A stretch of 64,000 nucleotides of DNA from an uncultured Bacillales bacterium. Lineage in GTDB: Bacteria > Bacillota_I > Bacilli_A > RF39 > UBA660. Numbering within the stretch: the stretch's first letter is position 1; each line of letters starts with the position of its first letter. Both the position numbers and the translations under genes were made by a program. The DNA is taken from contig CATLHA010000003.1 of the NCBI GenBank assembly GCA_949948745.1, forward strand, positions 5,708 through 69,707. Reading direction: 5' to 3'. The notes below the pieces were generated by a model, which saw only the letters and a list, made by a program, of their open reading frames with translations, ran no database searches and had not been told where the DNA came from. Positions 1 through 11,162 of this stretch are shown here, piece after piece.

Positions 1-125
1 CAAAAGAAATATTTGTAGAAACAAGGGAATTTAATTTTGAGAAAGATGATTTACCTGTATCTAAAAAAGAATCTGAAGAATTAAATGTGTTAGAAGAAAT
101 TGAAGATTTATTCGACGATGAATAA
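1..125 (+). CDS. 3' end of an unidentified CDS (acidic C-terminus ...EEIEDLFDDE*), upstream part outside window
   Basis: Open frame from window edge to TAA at 123-125; no recognisable family. Confidence 0.3.
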   Translation, partial: KEIFVETREFNFEKDDLPVSKKESEELNVLEEIEDLFDDE

Positions 126-192
126 ATCTTTTTTCTTACCTTGAAAAGATTTTTTAAAAAAGTTATAATAAAGAAAAATAGAGGTGAGTTTT

Positions 193-2178
193 ATGTTGTT
201 TAAAGGACATGAATTATCAATTGACGAAAAAGGAGTAAATTCAATTCGAAGTTTAGGAATTGATATGATAGATGAAGCAAAAAGTGGTCATCCAGGAATT
301 GTCTTGGGTGCGGCACCTATTCTTTATACATTATATAAGAAGCATTTAAAAATAAATCCAAAGGATCCAAATTGGTTTGATAGGGATCGCTTTGTCTTGT
401 CTGCTGGGCATGGATCAGCACTACTATATGCCACTTTATTTTTGGCAGGTTATAATATAGATTTAACAGATTTAAAAAAATTTAGACAATATGGCTCTAT
501 CACTCCCGGACATCCAGAATATGGAGTAACTCCAGGAGTAGATATATCAACAGGACCCTTAGGACAAGGAATTGCATCTTCTGTTGGAATGGCTATCGGA
601 GAAGAATACTTAAGAAATTATTTTTCAAAACTAGGAAAGCCAATTGTAAATCACTATACTTATGTATTATGTGGAGATGGTGATATGATGGAGGGAGTTT
701 CTTATGAAGCACTATCTCTAGCAGGTACATTAAAATTAAATAAACTGATAGTAATTTATGATGCAAATAGAATATGTCTAGATGGAGAAGTTAATAAAAC
801 TATGACAGAAAATATTCCAGCCAGATTTAATGCAATGAACTGGAATGTGTTTATAGTACAAGATGGAGAAGATTTAGCTGCCATTGATAACGCTATTGAA
901 AAAGCAAAAACTTCGATTGAAAGACCTAATTTAATTATTGTAAATACAACCATCGGAAAATATTCTGAATTGCAAGGAACAAACAAAGTCCACGGAAGCC
1001 CACTTCGAAAAGAAGATATCTTGTCTATTAAAGAAAAAATGGGAGTAAGAACCATTCCCTTTACTGTAACAAATGACGTGGTTGAAGCATTTCAAACAAG
1101 TATCCACCAAAGAATTGATTCAGTTTATGCAAATTATAATAAATTAAAAGATACCTTTGATGAAAATTTAAGAAATTTAATTGAAAAACTAGAAAAAGGA
1201 TCCTTTCAATTAGATGATTTATCAATAGACTATGAAAAACCTCTGGAAAATGAGGAAGAGCTTCGAGAAACCGGAAATAAAATATTAAACGAACTTGAAA
1301 AAAACAATCCTTTTCTTATTGGAGGCAGTGCCGATTTAGCTTCTTCTACAAAGGTGCGTTTAAACAACGAAGAAAACTTCACAGATCGATGTCGCTTGGG
1401 TAGAAATATTTGCTTTGGTGTTAGAGAACATGCTATGGGAGCAATTTCTAATGGGTTAGCTCTAGTTGGACTTAGACCATTTGTATCCACATTTTTAGTA
1501 TTTTCGGATTATTTAAAGCCAGCCGTTCGAATGTCAGCATTAATGAATTTGCCAACCGTTTATATCTTTACTCATGATAGTTTTAAAATAGGAGAAGATG
1601 GTCCAACGCATCAGCCAGTAGAGCAATTAATCGGACTAAGAGCAATTCCAAATTTAGAAGTATTCCGTCCTGCAGATGCAAACGAGGTTATTGGTGTATA
1701 TAAATATGTGATGTCAAAAAATGAAGGCCCTAGTGTTATCGTTCTTGGTAGAAATAAAAGTAAAATACAAGATTCCACTAGTATTAAAGACATTCAAAAA
1801 GGAGGATATATCGTAAAAGAAGAAACAAAGAATCTAGGTGGTATTATTATATCGAATGGAGAAGAATTGCAAACTGCAATCAAAGTAGCAAATGTTTTAA
1901 ACGAAAAAGGATATGATATCAGAGTTGTTAGTATGCCATCCATTGAACTATTTAGAAGACAACCAGAAAAATATAAAGAAAAACTACTTCCAGAAGGAAT
2001 TAAGACATTTGTTATAGAAGCATCTTCTTCCTATTCATGGGATGAATTTGTATATAATAGAAACTATTTAATCACCATAGACCATTTTGGGAAAAGTGCC
2101 AAAAGAACCGATTTAGAAGCAAAACTTCATTTTGATGAAGAATCAATTATAAAACATATAGAAAATTTATTACAGTAA
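193..2178 (+). CDS. tkt: Transketolase
   Basis: ORF-track translation has TPP-binding signatures (GHPG, SAGHGSALLYA, CGDGDMMEG) and ~660 aa length; ATG at 193 is 5 nt after GAGGTGA RBS (track start 184 is GTG). Confidence 0.9.
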   Translation: MLFKGHELSIDEKGVNSIRSLGIDMIDEAKSGHPGIVLGAAPILYTLYKKHLKINPKDPNWFDRDRFVLSAGHGSALLYATLFLAGYNIDLTDLKKFRQYGSITPGHPEYGVTPGVDISTGPLGQGIASSVGMAIGEEYLRNYFSKLGKPIVNHYTYVLCGDGDMMEGVSYEALSLAGTLKLNKLIVIYDANRICLDGEVNKTMTENIPARFNAMNWNVFIVQDGEDLAAIDNAIEKAKTSIERPNLIIVNTTIGKYSELQGTNKVHGSPLRKEDILSIKEKMGVRTIPFTVTNDVVEAFQTSIHQRIDSVYANYNKLKDTFDENLRNLIEKLEKGSFQLDDLSIDYEKPLENEEELRETGNKILNELEKNNPFLIGGSADLASSTKVRLNNEENFTDRCRLGRNICFGVREHAMGAISNGLALVGLRPFVSTFLVFSDYLKPAVRMSALMNLPTVYIFTHDSFKIGEDGPTHQPVEQLIGLRAIPNLEVFRPADANEVIGVYKYVMSKNEGPSVIVLGRNKSKIQDSTSIKDIQKGGYIVKEETKNLGGIIISNGEELQTAIKVANVLNEKGYDIRVVSMPSIELFRRQPEKYKEKLLPEGIKTFVIEASSSYSWDEFVYNRNYLITIDHFGKSAKRTDLEAKLHFDEESIIKHIENLLQ

Positions 2179-2235
2179 TTAAGAAATGACAAATTTTTCA
2201 TTTCTTTTTTCTTATACTAATTTTGGTGAAGCAAA

Positions 2236-2661
2236 ATGAGAAGATTTTACATATTTCAAGTAAAAAATGAGTATCAAGAATTATACAAAAATCATTCAAA
2301 AAGTCTATATCACATATTTAAATATCTATATTTTTTAAACAGAAGAGATTCTGATTATGGAATAGAACTTTTCAATCAATTAGTACAAACAATAGATAAA
2401 ACGAAACTGAATCGCAAAATATTTATTAAATACCATAAAGAAAGAATATACTCCAAAATAAAAGATATTCATGTCATCAATGATTTATATAGAGATGAAA
2501 TTAGTACATTAAAGATTAAAAACAGTTATATTCTTCTAGAGTCTAACCATAATACCTCTACCTTTTTAAAAATTCTATCAGAGGGAGAAAATAATTATTT
2601 CCTATGTGATTTTAAAAATCAGGACTATTTTTGGTTATCTGATATAAAAACACTTGTCTAA
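2236..2661 (+). CDS. Hypothetical protein (141 aa)
   Basis: Intact ORF, no recognisable motif. Confidence 0.35.
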   Translation: MRRFYIFQVKNEYQELYKNHSKSLYHIFKYLYFLNRRDSDYGIELFNQLVQTIDKTKLNRKIFIKYHKERIYSKIKDIHVINDLYRDEISTLKIKNSYILLESNHNTSTFLKILSEGENNYFLCDFKNQDYFWLSDIKTLV

Positions 2662-2701
2662 AAAAGTATTTTCTAGTAAACTATCAGTAGGAGATGAGAT
2701 T

Positions 2702-2911
2702 ATGTTAATAGATATTTTACAAGTTTTATTAGGACTTATTGTAGGACTTGTTTTAGGATTTTTCCTAGCAAAACATTTTATGATGAAATATTTAAAGAAA
2801 AACCCACCAATTAATGAAGAAATGATTAAAGCATTAATGATGCAGATGGGAAGAAAACCAAACCAAAAACAGATTAATCAAATGATGAAATCAATGCAAA
2901 AATATATGTAA
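2702..2911 (+). CDS. yneF: UPF0154/YneF-family small membrane protein
   Basis: N-terminal TM helix followed by YLKKNPPINEEM...MMQMG.KP.QKQINQMM motif typical of YneF; ATG 2702 preceded by GGAGATGAG RBS (track ORF starts 2654). Confidence 0.75.
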   Translation: MLIDILQVLLGLIVGLVLGFFLAKHFMMKYLKKNPPINEEMIKALMMQMGRKPNQKQINQMMKSMQKYM

Positions 2912-2932
2912 TTTAAAAAACCATTTTAAAAG

Positions 2933-2958
2933 AAAAGAGGAAAACCTCTTTTTTCTTT
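2933..2958 (+). terminator. Rho-independent terminator after yneF
   Basis: AAGAGG-aaaa-CCTCTT hairpin followed by T-run. Confidence 0.5.
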
Positions 2959-2997
2959 TGTGTTTGTTTGTTATAATGTTAATTAGAATAAAGAGGT

Positions 2998-4380
2998 GTG
3001 TTTATGAAAATAACAAAAGAAATCAAAAAAGAAATCTTTAGGGAATATGATGTACGTGGAGTTTTTCCTAAAGATATTAATGAAGATGTTAGTTATACCT
3101 TTGGTCGTGCCTATGGAACTTATATAAAAAGAAAAAATCAAACAAAATGTATCGTTGGATATGATAACCGTTATTCGTCTAATGAACTACAAACGGCATT
3201 AATGAAAGGTATTGTTGATTCTGGAATTGATGTCATCAGTTTAGGATTAGTAACAACACCAATGTACTATTATGCTTGTCTTAAGTTAAATGCTCCTGCT
3301 GGAGTAATGGTAACTGCAAGTCATAATCCAAAAGATGATAATGGATTTAAGTTTTCATTTGATGAAGAAGGTAACTGCAAGGGGAAAGATATTCAGGACT
3401 TCTATCAGTTTATTATGGATGGAAACTTTGATGAAGGAGAAGGAATTGTTTCTTTCTATGATATCAAAGAAGAATATTATCAATATTTATTATCATCTAT
3501 TAATATTAATAAAGAGAGAAAACTAAAAATTGTTATCGATTGTGGTAATGGAACAACGTCTTTTTTTGCCCCAACTTTGTATAATCTAATCGGACAGAAT
3601 CTAGTAGTTCTATATGGAAAAAGTGATTCTAACTTTCCAAACCATCACCCAGATCCATGTATAGAAGAAAATTTAAAAGTATTAAAAGATGCTGTAGTAG
3701 AATTAAAAGCAGATATCGGAATTGCTTTTGATGGAGATGGAGATCGTGTAGGAATTGTAACTGAAAAAGGGAAACATATTCCAGCGGATCAAGTAATGAT
3801 TTTATTAGCTCGTGATATTTTACCTAAATATGAAAACAAAAGAGTATTGTATGATGTAAAATGCAGTAATGCATTAGTAGAAGAAATTGAAAAGTTAAAT
3901 GGAACCCCAATTATTAGTAGAACTGGAAATTCCTATACAAAAAAAGGAACAAAAGATAATGATTGCATTCTAGGAGGAGAATATTCAGGTCATATTTTCC
4001 TAAGAGATAAATTCTTAGGATTTGATTCAGGAATGTATGTTGGTCTTCGAGTAATAGAAGCACTTAGCAATACAGATAAAACAGTAAGTGAACTATTAGA
4101 TGGAATTTCCAAGTATTATGCAACGGAGGAAATAAAAGTTGCATCTTCTGATACAAAGAAAAAAGAAGTAATCGAAAAAATAAAAAAGCACTGCGAAGAA
4201 GAAGGATATCCAATTGTAGACATTGATGGGGTTAGAATTAATTTGGATGATGGTTGGGCACTTGTTAGATGTAGTAATACAGGGCCTAATATTACAGCGC
4301 GCTTTGAAGGAAAAACAGAAGAAATTAGAGATAAATTAAAAGATAAGTTCATGGAACTAATCAAACGATATAATGATTAA
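2998..4380 (+). CDS. Phosphomannomutase/phosphoglucomutase (alpha-D-phosphohexomutase family)
   Basis: FREYDVRG N-terminal motif, active-site serine loop TASHNP, Mg-binding DGDGDR, 460 aa. Confidence 0.8.
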   Translation: MFMKITKEIKKEIFREYDVRGVFPKDINEDVSYTFGRAYGTYIKRKNQTKCIVGYDNRYSSNELQTALMKGIVDSGIDVISLGLVTTPMYYYACLKLNAPAGVMVTASHNPKDDNGFKFSFDEEGNCKGKDIQDFYQFIMDGNFDEGEGIVSFYDIKEEYYQYLLSSININKERKLKIVIDCGNGTTSFFAPTLYNLIGQNLVVLYGKSDSNFPNHHPDPCIEENLKVLKDAVVELKADIGIAFDGDGDRVGIVTEKGKHIPADQVMILLARDILPKYENKRVLYDVKCSNALVEEIEKLNGTPIISRTGNSYTKKGTKDNDCILGGEYSGHIFLRDKFLGFDSGMYVGLRVIEALSNTDKTVSELLDGISKYYATEEIKVASSDTKKKEVIEKIKKHCEEEGYPIVDIDGVRINLDDGWALVRCSNTGPNITARFEGKTEEIRDKLKDKFMELIKRYND

Positions 4381-4382
4381 TG

Positions 4383-4410
4383 AAGAAGAAATTTTCTTCT
4401 TTTTTCTTTT
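4383..4410 (+). terminator. Rho-independent terminator
   Basis: GAAGAAGAA/TTCTTCTT hairpin + T-run directly after stop codon. Confidence 0.45.
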
Positions 4411-4473
4411 TTCTATATTTAAAAAATGTTGTATAATAAAAACAGGGATAAGGCATCAGAGGGGATGAAATAG

Positions 4474-5535
4474 ATGGGACTTTTAGAATTTGAAAATATA
4501 AATGAAGAACTAGAAAAAGAAATAGAAATTCTTTCACAAAACTATAAATTATACAAAAAAGAATATTTATTAAAAAATCCAAAGGTATTAATTCCGATGA
4601 TTTGTGGTATAGGATTAGATTTTTATTCTATGGAAAATAGTGAATACTTCTTATTAAAACTTCTAGTAGTAATTTCTTTATTAGGAATGTCTGTTAGAAA
4701 TAGTACAAAATCAAGATATCAATTGTATGAAACAGAAATTAAAGAAAAATGCTTAGAACTTCAAGATAAAATAAGACAAAACGAAAAATTTCAATCATTT
4801 TTTAAAGAATATCAAGCCTTTGTTTTAGACTATGTAGCTTTCTTAAATGATATGAACATTATAAACCCAACGGATGTAGCACTTTTTTACAAGCTTTGTT
4901 TAAAAGGAGGATATCTTTCATTTTATAAGAAGAATAGTTTTAAAGAAGAAGATACTAATGAAGTTTACTTACCATCAGAAATATTAGGATGTAAAGTAAC
5001 ATCAGATACTAGTATTTGTAGAAATAATGCTTCCTTTTTAACAGACGTAATGAATGCTAAAGATATTACATCTACTAATCTAATAGCAAAAGCAGGTTAT
5101 TTTAAAATAAGCATATTTCCATCGTTATTTGATAGAAAATATGAGCTTAGTTTTAATCATCAAATTGTAGGATATATTGAGAATAATGAATTAAGGGCTT
5201 ATGATCCGACCTGTGATCTTGGATTTAATTTATCGGAATTGAGTTTCTTTAAAGAACAAGTTGAAATAGGAGAGGAAATTCGTACTCAGTATCCTATACT
5301 AATATATAGTAAAACTACTTATTCTATAGAAGAAGAAAGAAGAGAACAATTAAAAGAATATAAAAAAGCTTGCATTACAAAAGAAGAATGGCAAGAAAGC
5401 AAAGAAAATATCAAAGAAAAATATGATGCTCTAGAAGATGATTTAGAAGACTTTTGGCTATCGCAACAAGAAAAAATGAAATTTCTGTCTACTGGATATC
5501 AAAAGTTAATCACTCCAATGAATCAAAAAAACTAG
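4474..5535 (+). CDS. Hypothetical protein (353 aa)
   Basis: Intact ORF with one predicted TM segment; no recognisable family. Confidence 0.35.
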   Translation: MGLLEFENINEELEKEIEILSQNYKLYKKEYLLKNPKVLIPMICGIGLDFYSMENSEYFLLKLLVVISLLGMSVRNSTKSRYQLYETEIKEKCLELQDKIRQNEKFQSFFKEYQAFVLDYVAFLNDMNIINPTDVALFYKLCLKGGYLSFYKKNSFKEEDTNEVYLPSEILGCKVTSDTSICRNNASFLTDVMNAKDITSTNLIAKAGYFKISIFPSLFDRKYELSFNHQIVGYIENNELRAYDPTCDLGFNLSELSFFKEQVEIGEEIRTQYPILIYSKTTYSIEEERREQLKEYKKACITKEEWQESKENIKEKYDALEDDLEDFWLSQQEKMKFLSTGYQKLITPMNQKN

Positions 5536-5597
5536 AGATAGATGATATAGAAAAGAGAAAAGAAAAATATTATAATAGATATACTTTAAGGAGAAAA

Positions 5598-6020
5598 TAT
5601 GGAAAAATTTAAATATAACAAACAAGTTTCCTAAAAATCGTATCAGATTAGCTTTTGCCGGAATGGGAATGGTATTTCTATTAACAGGATATGGTTTTAG
5701 TGGAAGTCAAAATATAGAAAATGATGTAGAAGAAAGAACAGAAAATAATGGAGAAGCAAATGATACTCCTTCAGAAAAACCAACAAAGATAAGAGGAAAA
5801 AAATCAAAGAAGGAATTTTAGTAATCGGGGATGAAAAATTTTTAATTGAATATACTAGTTATGTTGAATATGTAAAATCTGATAAAATAAGTATCTAACT
5901 AGTAGATGGGACTTGGCTAGATACGACTTCAGATAATTTTTATATGTATGAAAAAGATTCAGAAACAATCAATAAAATTAAAGAATTAATCATTAAAGAA
6001 GAACACATTATTAAATAAAA
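5598..6020 (+). pseudogene. Decayed gene fragments (short ORF pieces in shifting frames)
   Basis: RBS+ATG at 5598 opens an 11-codon frame. Other frames continue as KNRIRLAFAGMGMVFLL...GEANDTPSEKPTK* and ...LVDGTWLDTTSDNFYMYEKDSETINKIKELIIKEEHIIK*. No single intact frame. Confidence 0.25.
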
Positions 6021-6116
6021 TAAAGTAAAATGGAATTAGAATTATGTCAAATGATTGTCTAATTTCTTTTTTTTTATTGTACTTTTTGTTATAATTGGTT
6101 AGGAGATGAAAATTGT

Positions 6117-8024
6117 ATGGCAGTAAAATATGACGCAAGCTCGATTAAAATATTAGAAGGTTTAGAAGCAGTACGTAAACGTCCAGGAATGTATATTGGT
6201 TCAACAGACAAAAGAGGACTCCATCATTTAGTTTGGGAAATCGTAGATAATGCAATCGATGAAGCAATTAATGGGTACGGAGACTTGATTAAAATCATTT
6301 TGCATAAAGATGGAAGTGTTAGTGTTGAAGACCATGGAAGAGGTGTACCAACAGGGATGCATGCATCAGGTAGACCTGCGCCAGAAGTTATTTATACTGT
6401 TTTACATGCTGGAGGTAAATTCGAAGAATCTGGGTACAAGGTATCAGGAGGACTTCATGGAGTAGGTGGAAGTGTTGTTAACGCACTTTCTAAGTGGATG
6501 GAAGTAACGATTCGTCAAGACAAAAAAGAATATTTAATTCGTTTTGAAAATGGTGGAAAAGTAGCTATTCCTCTAAAACAAATTGGAACAAGTGGAAGAA
6601 CTGGAACGACAGTTCACTTCCTACCAGATGATGAAATATTTTCAACAACCAATTTCTCGTTTACAACCATCTGTGAAAGAATGCAGGAATCTGCCTTTTT
6701 AATTCAAGGACTTACCATTGAAATAGAAAATGAAGCTGATGGAAGACGTGAAAAATATTGTTATCAAAATGGTGTAGTAGAATTTGTAAAATATTTAAAC
6801 GAAGGAAAAACAAAACTACACGATGTTATTTCATTTGAAGGAATGAAAGACAAAATGGAAATATCTATTGCGATGCAATATACAGATACTTACAATGAAA
6901 ATATTGTATCCTTTGTAAATAATGTTAAAACAGTGGATGGAGGAACCCATGAAGTTGGATTTAAAACAGCTTTAACAAGAGCCTTTAATGACTATGCCAA
7001 AAATAATGGTTATATTAAAGGAAAAGAAAAAACCTTTGAAGGAAGCGACGTTAGAGAGGGATTAACTGCAATTATTAGTTTAAAAATACCTGAAGAGCTT
7101 CTTCAATTTGAAGGACAAACGAAAGGAAAATTAGGAACCCCTCAAGCAAGAACAGCAGTAGAAGCAATTGTTTATGAAAAATTACAATTTTATCTAGAAG
7201 AAAATAAAAAAACTGCAACAGATATTATTGAAAAATCATTAAAAAGTAAAATCGCTCGTGAGGCTGCAAGAAAAGCAAGAGAAGAAGCTAGAAAAGGAAA
7301 AACTAAGAATCCAAAAGAAAGAGCTTTATCTGGAAAATTAACTCCTGCTCAATCTAAAAATAAGGAACGCAATGAATTATTTCTAGTAGAAGGAGATTCC
7401 GCTGGTGGTTCCGCAAAACAAGGAAGAGATAGAAAATTTCAAGCAATTTTACCATTACGTGGAAAAGTTATTAATACAGAAAAAGCAAAAATGGAAGATA
7501 TTTTAAAGAATGAAGAAATCAATACCATGATTTACACGATTGGTGCTGGAGTAGGTCCAAACTTTGCGATTGAAGATGCAGAATACGCAAAAGTTATTAT
7601 TATGACCGATGCAGATGATGATGGAGCTCATATTCAATGTCTATTATTAACATTCTTTTATCGTTATATGAGACCATTAATTGAAAATGGAAGACTCTAT
7701 ATCGCTCTTCCACCACTATTTTTGATAAAAAACGGAAAAGAACATCTGTATGCATATACAGTAGAAGAAATGAAAGAAATCACAAAAGGAAAAAAATGTG
7801 ATGTGCAACGCTACAAAGGACTTGGTGAAATGAATTCTGATCAGTTAGCAGAGACAACTATGAATCCAGGAACAAGAAGCTTAATTCGAGTAACAATAGA
7901 AGATGCACTTTTGGCTGAAAAAAGAGTCAGTGTCTTAATGGGAGATAGTGTAGAACCAAGAAAAGCGTGGATTGAGGAAAATGTAGAATTCTCTTTAGAA
8001 GATGATTATACAATTACGAAGTAG
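6117..8024 (+). CDS. parE: Type IIA topoisomerase ATPase subunit, DNA topoisomerase IV subunit B (alternatively GyrB)
   Basis: GHKL ATPase motifs (EIVDNAIDE, GLHGVGGSVVNALS), TOPRIM EGDSAGG and PLRGKVIN motifs; followed by the A/C subunit gene. Confidence 0.75.
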   Translation: MAVKYDASSIKILEGLEAVRKRPGMYIGSTDKRGLHHLVWEIVDNAIDEAINGYGDLIKIILHKDGSVSVEDHGRGVPTGMHASGRPAPEVIYTVLHAGGKFEESGYKVSGGLHGVGGSVVNALSKWMEVTIRQDKKEYLIRFENGGKVAIPLKQIGTSGRTGTTVHFLPDDEIFSTTNFSFTTICERMQESAFLIQGLTIEIENEADGRREKYCYQNGVVEFVKYLNEGKTKLHDVISFEGMKDKMEISIAMQYTDTYNENIVSFVNNVKTVDGGTHEVGFKTALTRAFNDYAKNNGYIKGKEKTFEGSDVREGLTAIISLKIPEELLQFEGQTKGKLGTPQARTAVEAIVYEKLQFYLEENKKTATDIIEKSLKSKIAREAARKAREEARKGKTKNPKERALSGKLTPAQSKNKERNELFLVEGDSAGGSAKQGRDRKFQAILPLRGKVINTEKAKMEDILKNEEINTMIYTIGAGVGPNFAIEDAEYAKVIIMTDADDDGAHIQCLLLTFFYRYMRPLIENGRLYIALPPLFLIKNGKEHLYAYTVEEMKEITKGKKCDVQRYKGLGEMNSDQLAETTMNPGTRSLIRVTIEDALLAEKRVSVLMGDSVEPRKAWIEENVEFSLEDDYTITK

Positions 8025-8038
8025 AAAGAAGGAGTAGT

Positions 8039-8509
8039 ATGGCTAAAAAAGATGTGTTAGAAAAATATGTTAGAAAAAATAGCCTTCTTTTGTATAACAT
8101 CGCTGCAATAAGACCAAATTCAAGAAAAAATATATCTCTTGCAATAAGACAAGGGCGCCTAGATATTTTAGAAACTTATGTAACACAGGCACCTGAAAAA
8201 TATCAAACAGAAGCTAGATATACAAAAATCTCATGTCTTGATGAAATCATTTTAAAAGACTATCATAGATTTGAACATTTAAACAAAATTAGAAATGTCG
8301 TGAAATTCGATAAAATAGCAGATGAAATCGTTGGGGATCGCGAATATAAAAGAGCAATGCAACTCTATTATATGAAAGAATTATTAATGGTCTTAAAATT
8401 AAATCCAAAAGAGAATTGTTGGGTATATCTTTGGAAACAAAAAGAAAAGATTACAGAAAAAGTCATTCATCAAATCGATGAGTACTATATTAAAAAAATT
8501 ACGAGTTAG
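8039..8509 (+). CDS. Hypothetical protein (156 aa) inserted between parE and parC
   Basis: Intact ORF with RBS; no recognisable family. Confidence 0.35.
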   Translation: MAKKDVLEKYVRKNSLLLYNIAAIRPNSRKNISLAIRQGRLDILETYVTQAPEKYQTEARYTKISCLDEIILKDYHRFEHLNKIRNVVKFDKIADEIVGDREYKRAMQLYYMKELLMVLKLNPKENCWVYLWKQKEKITEKVIHQIDEYYIKKITS

Positions 8510-8520
8510 GATGTGGAAAC

Positions 8521-11091
8521 GTGAAAAAGGAAAAGACGCCAGAAATCGTAGAGAAAATATTTGATTATACCCTAGAGGAAATTATGGGGCAAAGATTTGG
8601 AAGATATTCCAAGTATATTATTCAAGATAGAGCTATTCCAGACGTTCGAGATGGTTTAAAACCAGTACAAAGAAGAATTTTATATGGGATGTATAGAGAT
8701 CATAATACATATGAAAAGCCATATCGTAAAAGTGCAAAAACCGTTGGAAATGTTATGGGTAATTACCATCCACATGGAGATTCCTCTATTTATGATGCTA
8801 TGATTCGTATGAGTCAATGGTGGAAACAAAGTACACCATATATTGATATGCATGGAAATAATGGTTCTATGGATGGAGACAGTCCAGCTGCAATGCGTTA
8901 TACAGAGGCTCGTCTTTCTAAAATCAGTAATGAATTGTTAAGAGATTTAGATAAAGACACTGTAACTTGGGCTCCTAACTTTGATGATACTGAGTTAGAG
9001 CCTACCGTTTTGCCAGCTAGATTTCCTAATCTTCTAGTTAATGGTGCATCTGGAATTTCAGCAGGATATGCTACCAATATTCCTCCACATAACTTAGGAG
9101 AAATTATTGATGCCACCATCAAAAGAATCGACAGTCCAAATTGTAGACTTGAAACCATTATGTCAATTGTAAAAGGTCCTGATTTCCCAACTGGGGGTAT
9201 TGTAGAAGGAATTAAAGAAATTGAAAAAGCCTATGAGACTGGACGAGGAAAAATTGTTATTAAAAGTAAGACTGAGTTTGAAGAGCAAAAAGGAAAATTG
9301 GCGCTTATTATTACCGAAATTCCATTCGAAGTAAACAAAGCTATGTTGGTTCGTAAAATTGACGAAATTAGAATTGATAAAAAGATTGATGGAATTGTAG
9401 AAGTGCGTGATGAATCTGATCGTGATGGATTACGTATCGCAATTGACTTAAAAAAAGATGCTAATAGAGAACTTATTTTAAATTACTTACTAAAAAATAC
9501 CGATTTGCAAATTAGTTATAGTTTCAACATGATTGCAATTGATCATAGAAGACCAAGACAATTAGGTGTTATAGATGTCTTAGATTCTTATATTCAACAC
9601 CAAAGAGAAGTAATTACTAAGAGAACTAAATTTGATTTAGAGCATGCCAAAGCAAGACTTCATATCGTAGAAGGATTGATTAAATGTCTTTCCATTTTAG
9701 ACGAAGTAATTAGAGTGATTCGTGCTAGTAAAAACAAAGCAGATGCAAGAGAAAATTTAGTAAAAGAATTTAGTTTTACTGAAGCTCAGGCAGAAGCAAT
9801 CATTACTTTACAACTATATCGTTTAACAAATACAGATGTAGTTCAACTAGAAGAAGAATTAGCAAATTTGAATAAAATTGTAGCAGGATTGGAAGCTATA
9901 TTAGCAGATGAAGAAAAATTAAAAGCTGTAATGAAAGATGAATTACGGAAGGTAAGAAATGAATATGCTACACCAAGAAAAACAGAAATAAAAGATGAAA
10001 TTACAGAAATTAAAATTGATACAACTGTCATGATTCCAAAAGAAGATGTAATTGTCGCAATTACAAAAGATGGTTATGTAAAAAGAACAAGTCTTCGTAG
10101 TTATCAAGCTTCAAGTAGTGATGATATTACATTAAAAGAAACAGACTATGTGATTGGATTATATGAACTTAATACATTAGATACTGTACTATTGTTTACT
10201 TCTCTTGGTAATTATTTATATGTTCCAGTACATATGATTCCAGATATGAAATGGAAGGATTTAGGAAAACATATCAGTAACCTAATTAAACTAGAAGAAA
10301 AAGAAGAAATTATATCGGTAGTTCCAGTGGTCGACTTTGAAAAGAAAACAGATATCACCATTGTTACTAGAAAAGGTATGATTAAAAGATCTGTTCTAAA
10401 AGAATTCCAAGTATCTAGATATTCTAAGCCAGTATCTTGTATGAAATTAAAAGATAACGATCAAGTAGTAAGTGTTTTCGAAACAAAATATAACGATATA
10501 TTCCTAGCAACTACAGATAGTTACGGGCTTTGGTTTTCCAAAGATGATGTGCCAGTAGTAGGATTAAAAGCAAGTGGAGTAAAAGCTATCACGTTAAAAT
10601 CAGACACTGTTACAAATGGTTCTTCCTTTGATAAGAACATTCATGAAAACTTACTAGTAATTACAGATAAGGGAACAGGAAAGCGCGTTAGAATATCAGA
10701 GTTTGAAAAGAGTAGTCGTGCACGACGTGGACTTCTTCTATTAAGAGAAGTAAAGAGTAATCCATATAAAATAGTCCGTGCATTTCCAATCAATAATAAA
10801 GATTTTATTGGATTAAAAACATCATCTATAAAACTTCTTAAAAATACAGAATTTCCAATTATGGATCGTTATTCTACAGGTTCAAGCATTTCTAAAGAAG
10901 AAATTAACGATTGTTTCATAATGAGTGAACTAACGAAAAAGGAACAATTATTAGAAGATGTACAAAAAGAAATTGAAGAAAATAAAAAAGAAAAAACAGA
11001 AGAAATTAAAGCAGAGGAACCAAAAAGAAAAATTTCAATTAAAGAAATAGATGATAGATTAATGACAATCGATGACTTTTTAGGAGATTAA
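8521..11091 (+). CDS. parC: DNA topoisomerase IV subunit A (alternatively GyrA)
   Basis: N-terminal type IIA topoisomerase A-subunit motifs ([19 protein letters not shown], active-site region [10 protein letters not shown]), 856 aa, GTG start after GGATGTGGAAAC. Confidence 0.75.
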   Translation: MKKEKTPEIVEKIFDYTLEEIMGQRFGRYSKYIIQDRAIPDVRDGLKPVQRRILYGMYRDHNTYEKPYRKSAKTVGNVMGNYHPHGDSSIYDAMIRMSQWWKQSTPYIDMHGNNGSMDGDSPAAMRYTEARLSKISNELLRDLDKDTVTWAPNFDDTELEPTVLPARFPNLLVNGASGISAGYATNIPPHNLGEIIDATIKRIDSPNCRLETIMSIVKGPDFPTGGIVEGIKEIEKAYETGRGKIVIKSKTEFEEQKGKLALIITEIPFEVNKAMLVRKIDEIRIDKKIDGIVEVRDESDRDGLRIAIDLKKDANRELILNYLLKNTDLQISYSFNMIAIDHRRPRQLGVIDVLDSYIQHQREVITKRTKFDLEHAKARLHIVEGLIKCLSILDEVIRVIRASKNKADARENLVKEFSFTEAQAEAIITLQLYRLTNTDVVQLEEELANLNKIVAGLEAILADEEKLKAVMKDELRKVRNEYATPRKTEIKDEITEIKIDTTVMIPKEDVIVAITKDGYVKRTSLRSYQASSSDDITLKETDYVIGLYELNTLDTVLLFTSLGNYLYVPVHMIPDMKWKDLGKHISNLIKLEEKEEIISVVPVVDFEKKTDITIVTRKGMIKRSVLKEFQVSRYSKPVSCMKLKDNDQVVSVFETKYNDIFLATTDSYGLWFSKDDVPVVGLKASGVKAITLKSDTVTNGSSFDKNIHENLLVITDKGTGKRVRISEFEKSSRARRGLLLLREVKSNPYKIVRAFPINNKDFIGLKTSSIKLLKNTEFPIMDRYSTGSSISKEEINDCFIMSELTKKEQLLEDVQKEIEENKKEKTEEIKAEEPKRKISIKEIDDRLMTIDDFLGD

Positions 11092-11108
11092 AAAAATCTC
11101 CTTTTTAT
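11083..11108 (+). terminator. Rho-independent terminator after parC
   Basis: GGAGATT-aaaaaa-ATCTCC hairpin overlapping stop codon, followed by TTTTTAT. Confidence 0.6.
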
Positions 11109-11162
11109 GTGTTCAATAGAAATAATGAAAAAAGTAACGCATAAGATAAAGTAGGTGATATT

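Noticed and set aside
756-1055. Numerous 60-150-aa ORFs on the opposite strand inside tkt, the phosphohexomutase gene, parC, cas9, dnaJ, pepF, aspS, hisS and others (e.g. 756..1055, 4116..4364, 8898..9158, 22528..22986, 34414..34932, 58638..58856)
   Set aside because: All are embedded antisense within confidently identified genes. They have low-complexity translations and no independent signals. They are treated as spurious
6117-11091. Whether the type IIA topoisomerase pair is gyrB/gyrA rather than parE/parC
   Set aside because: Not resolvable with confidence by eye. Called parE/parC because gyrBA normally sits next to dnaA-dnaN-recF (absent here) and parE-parC adjacency is typical in Firmicutes. 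Flagged as alternative in the feature calls
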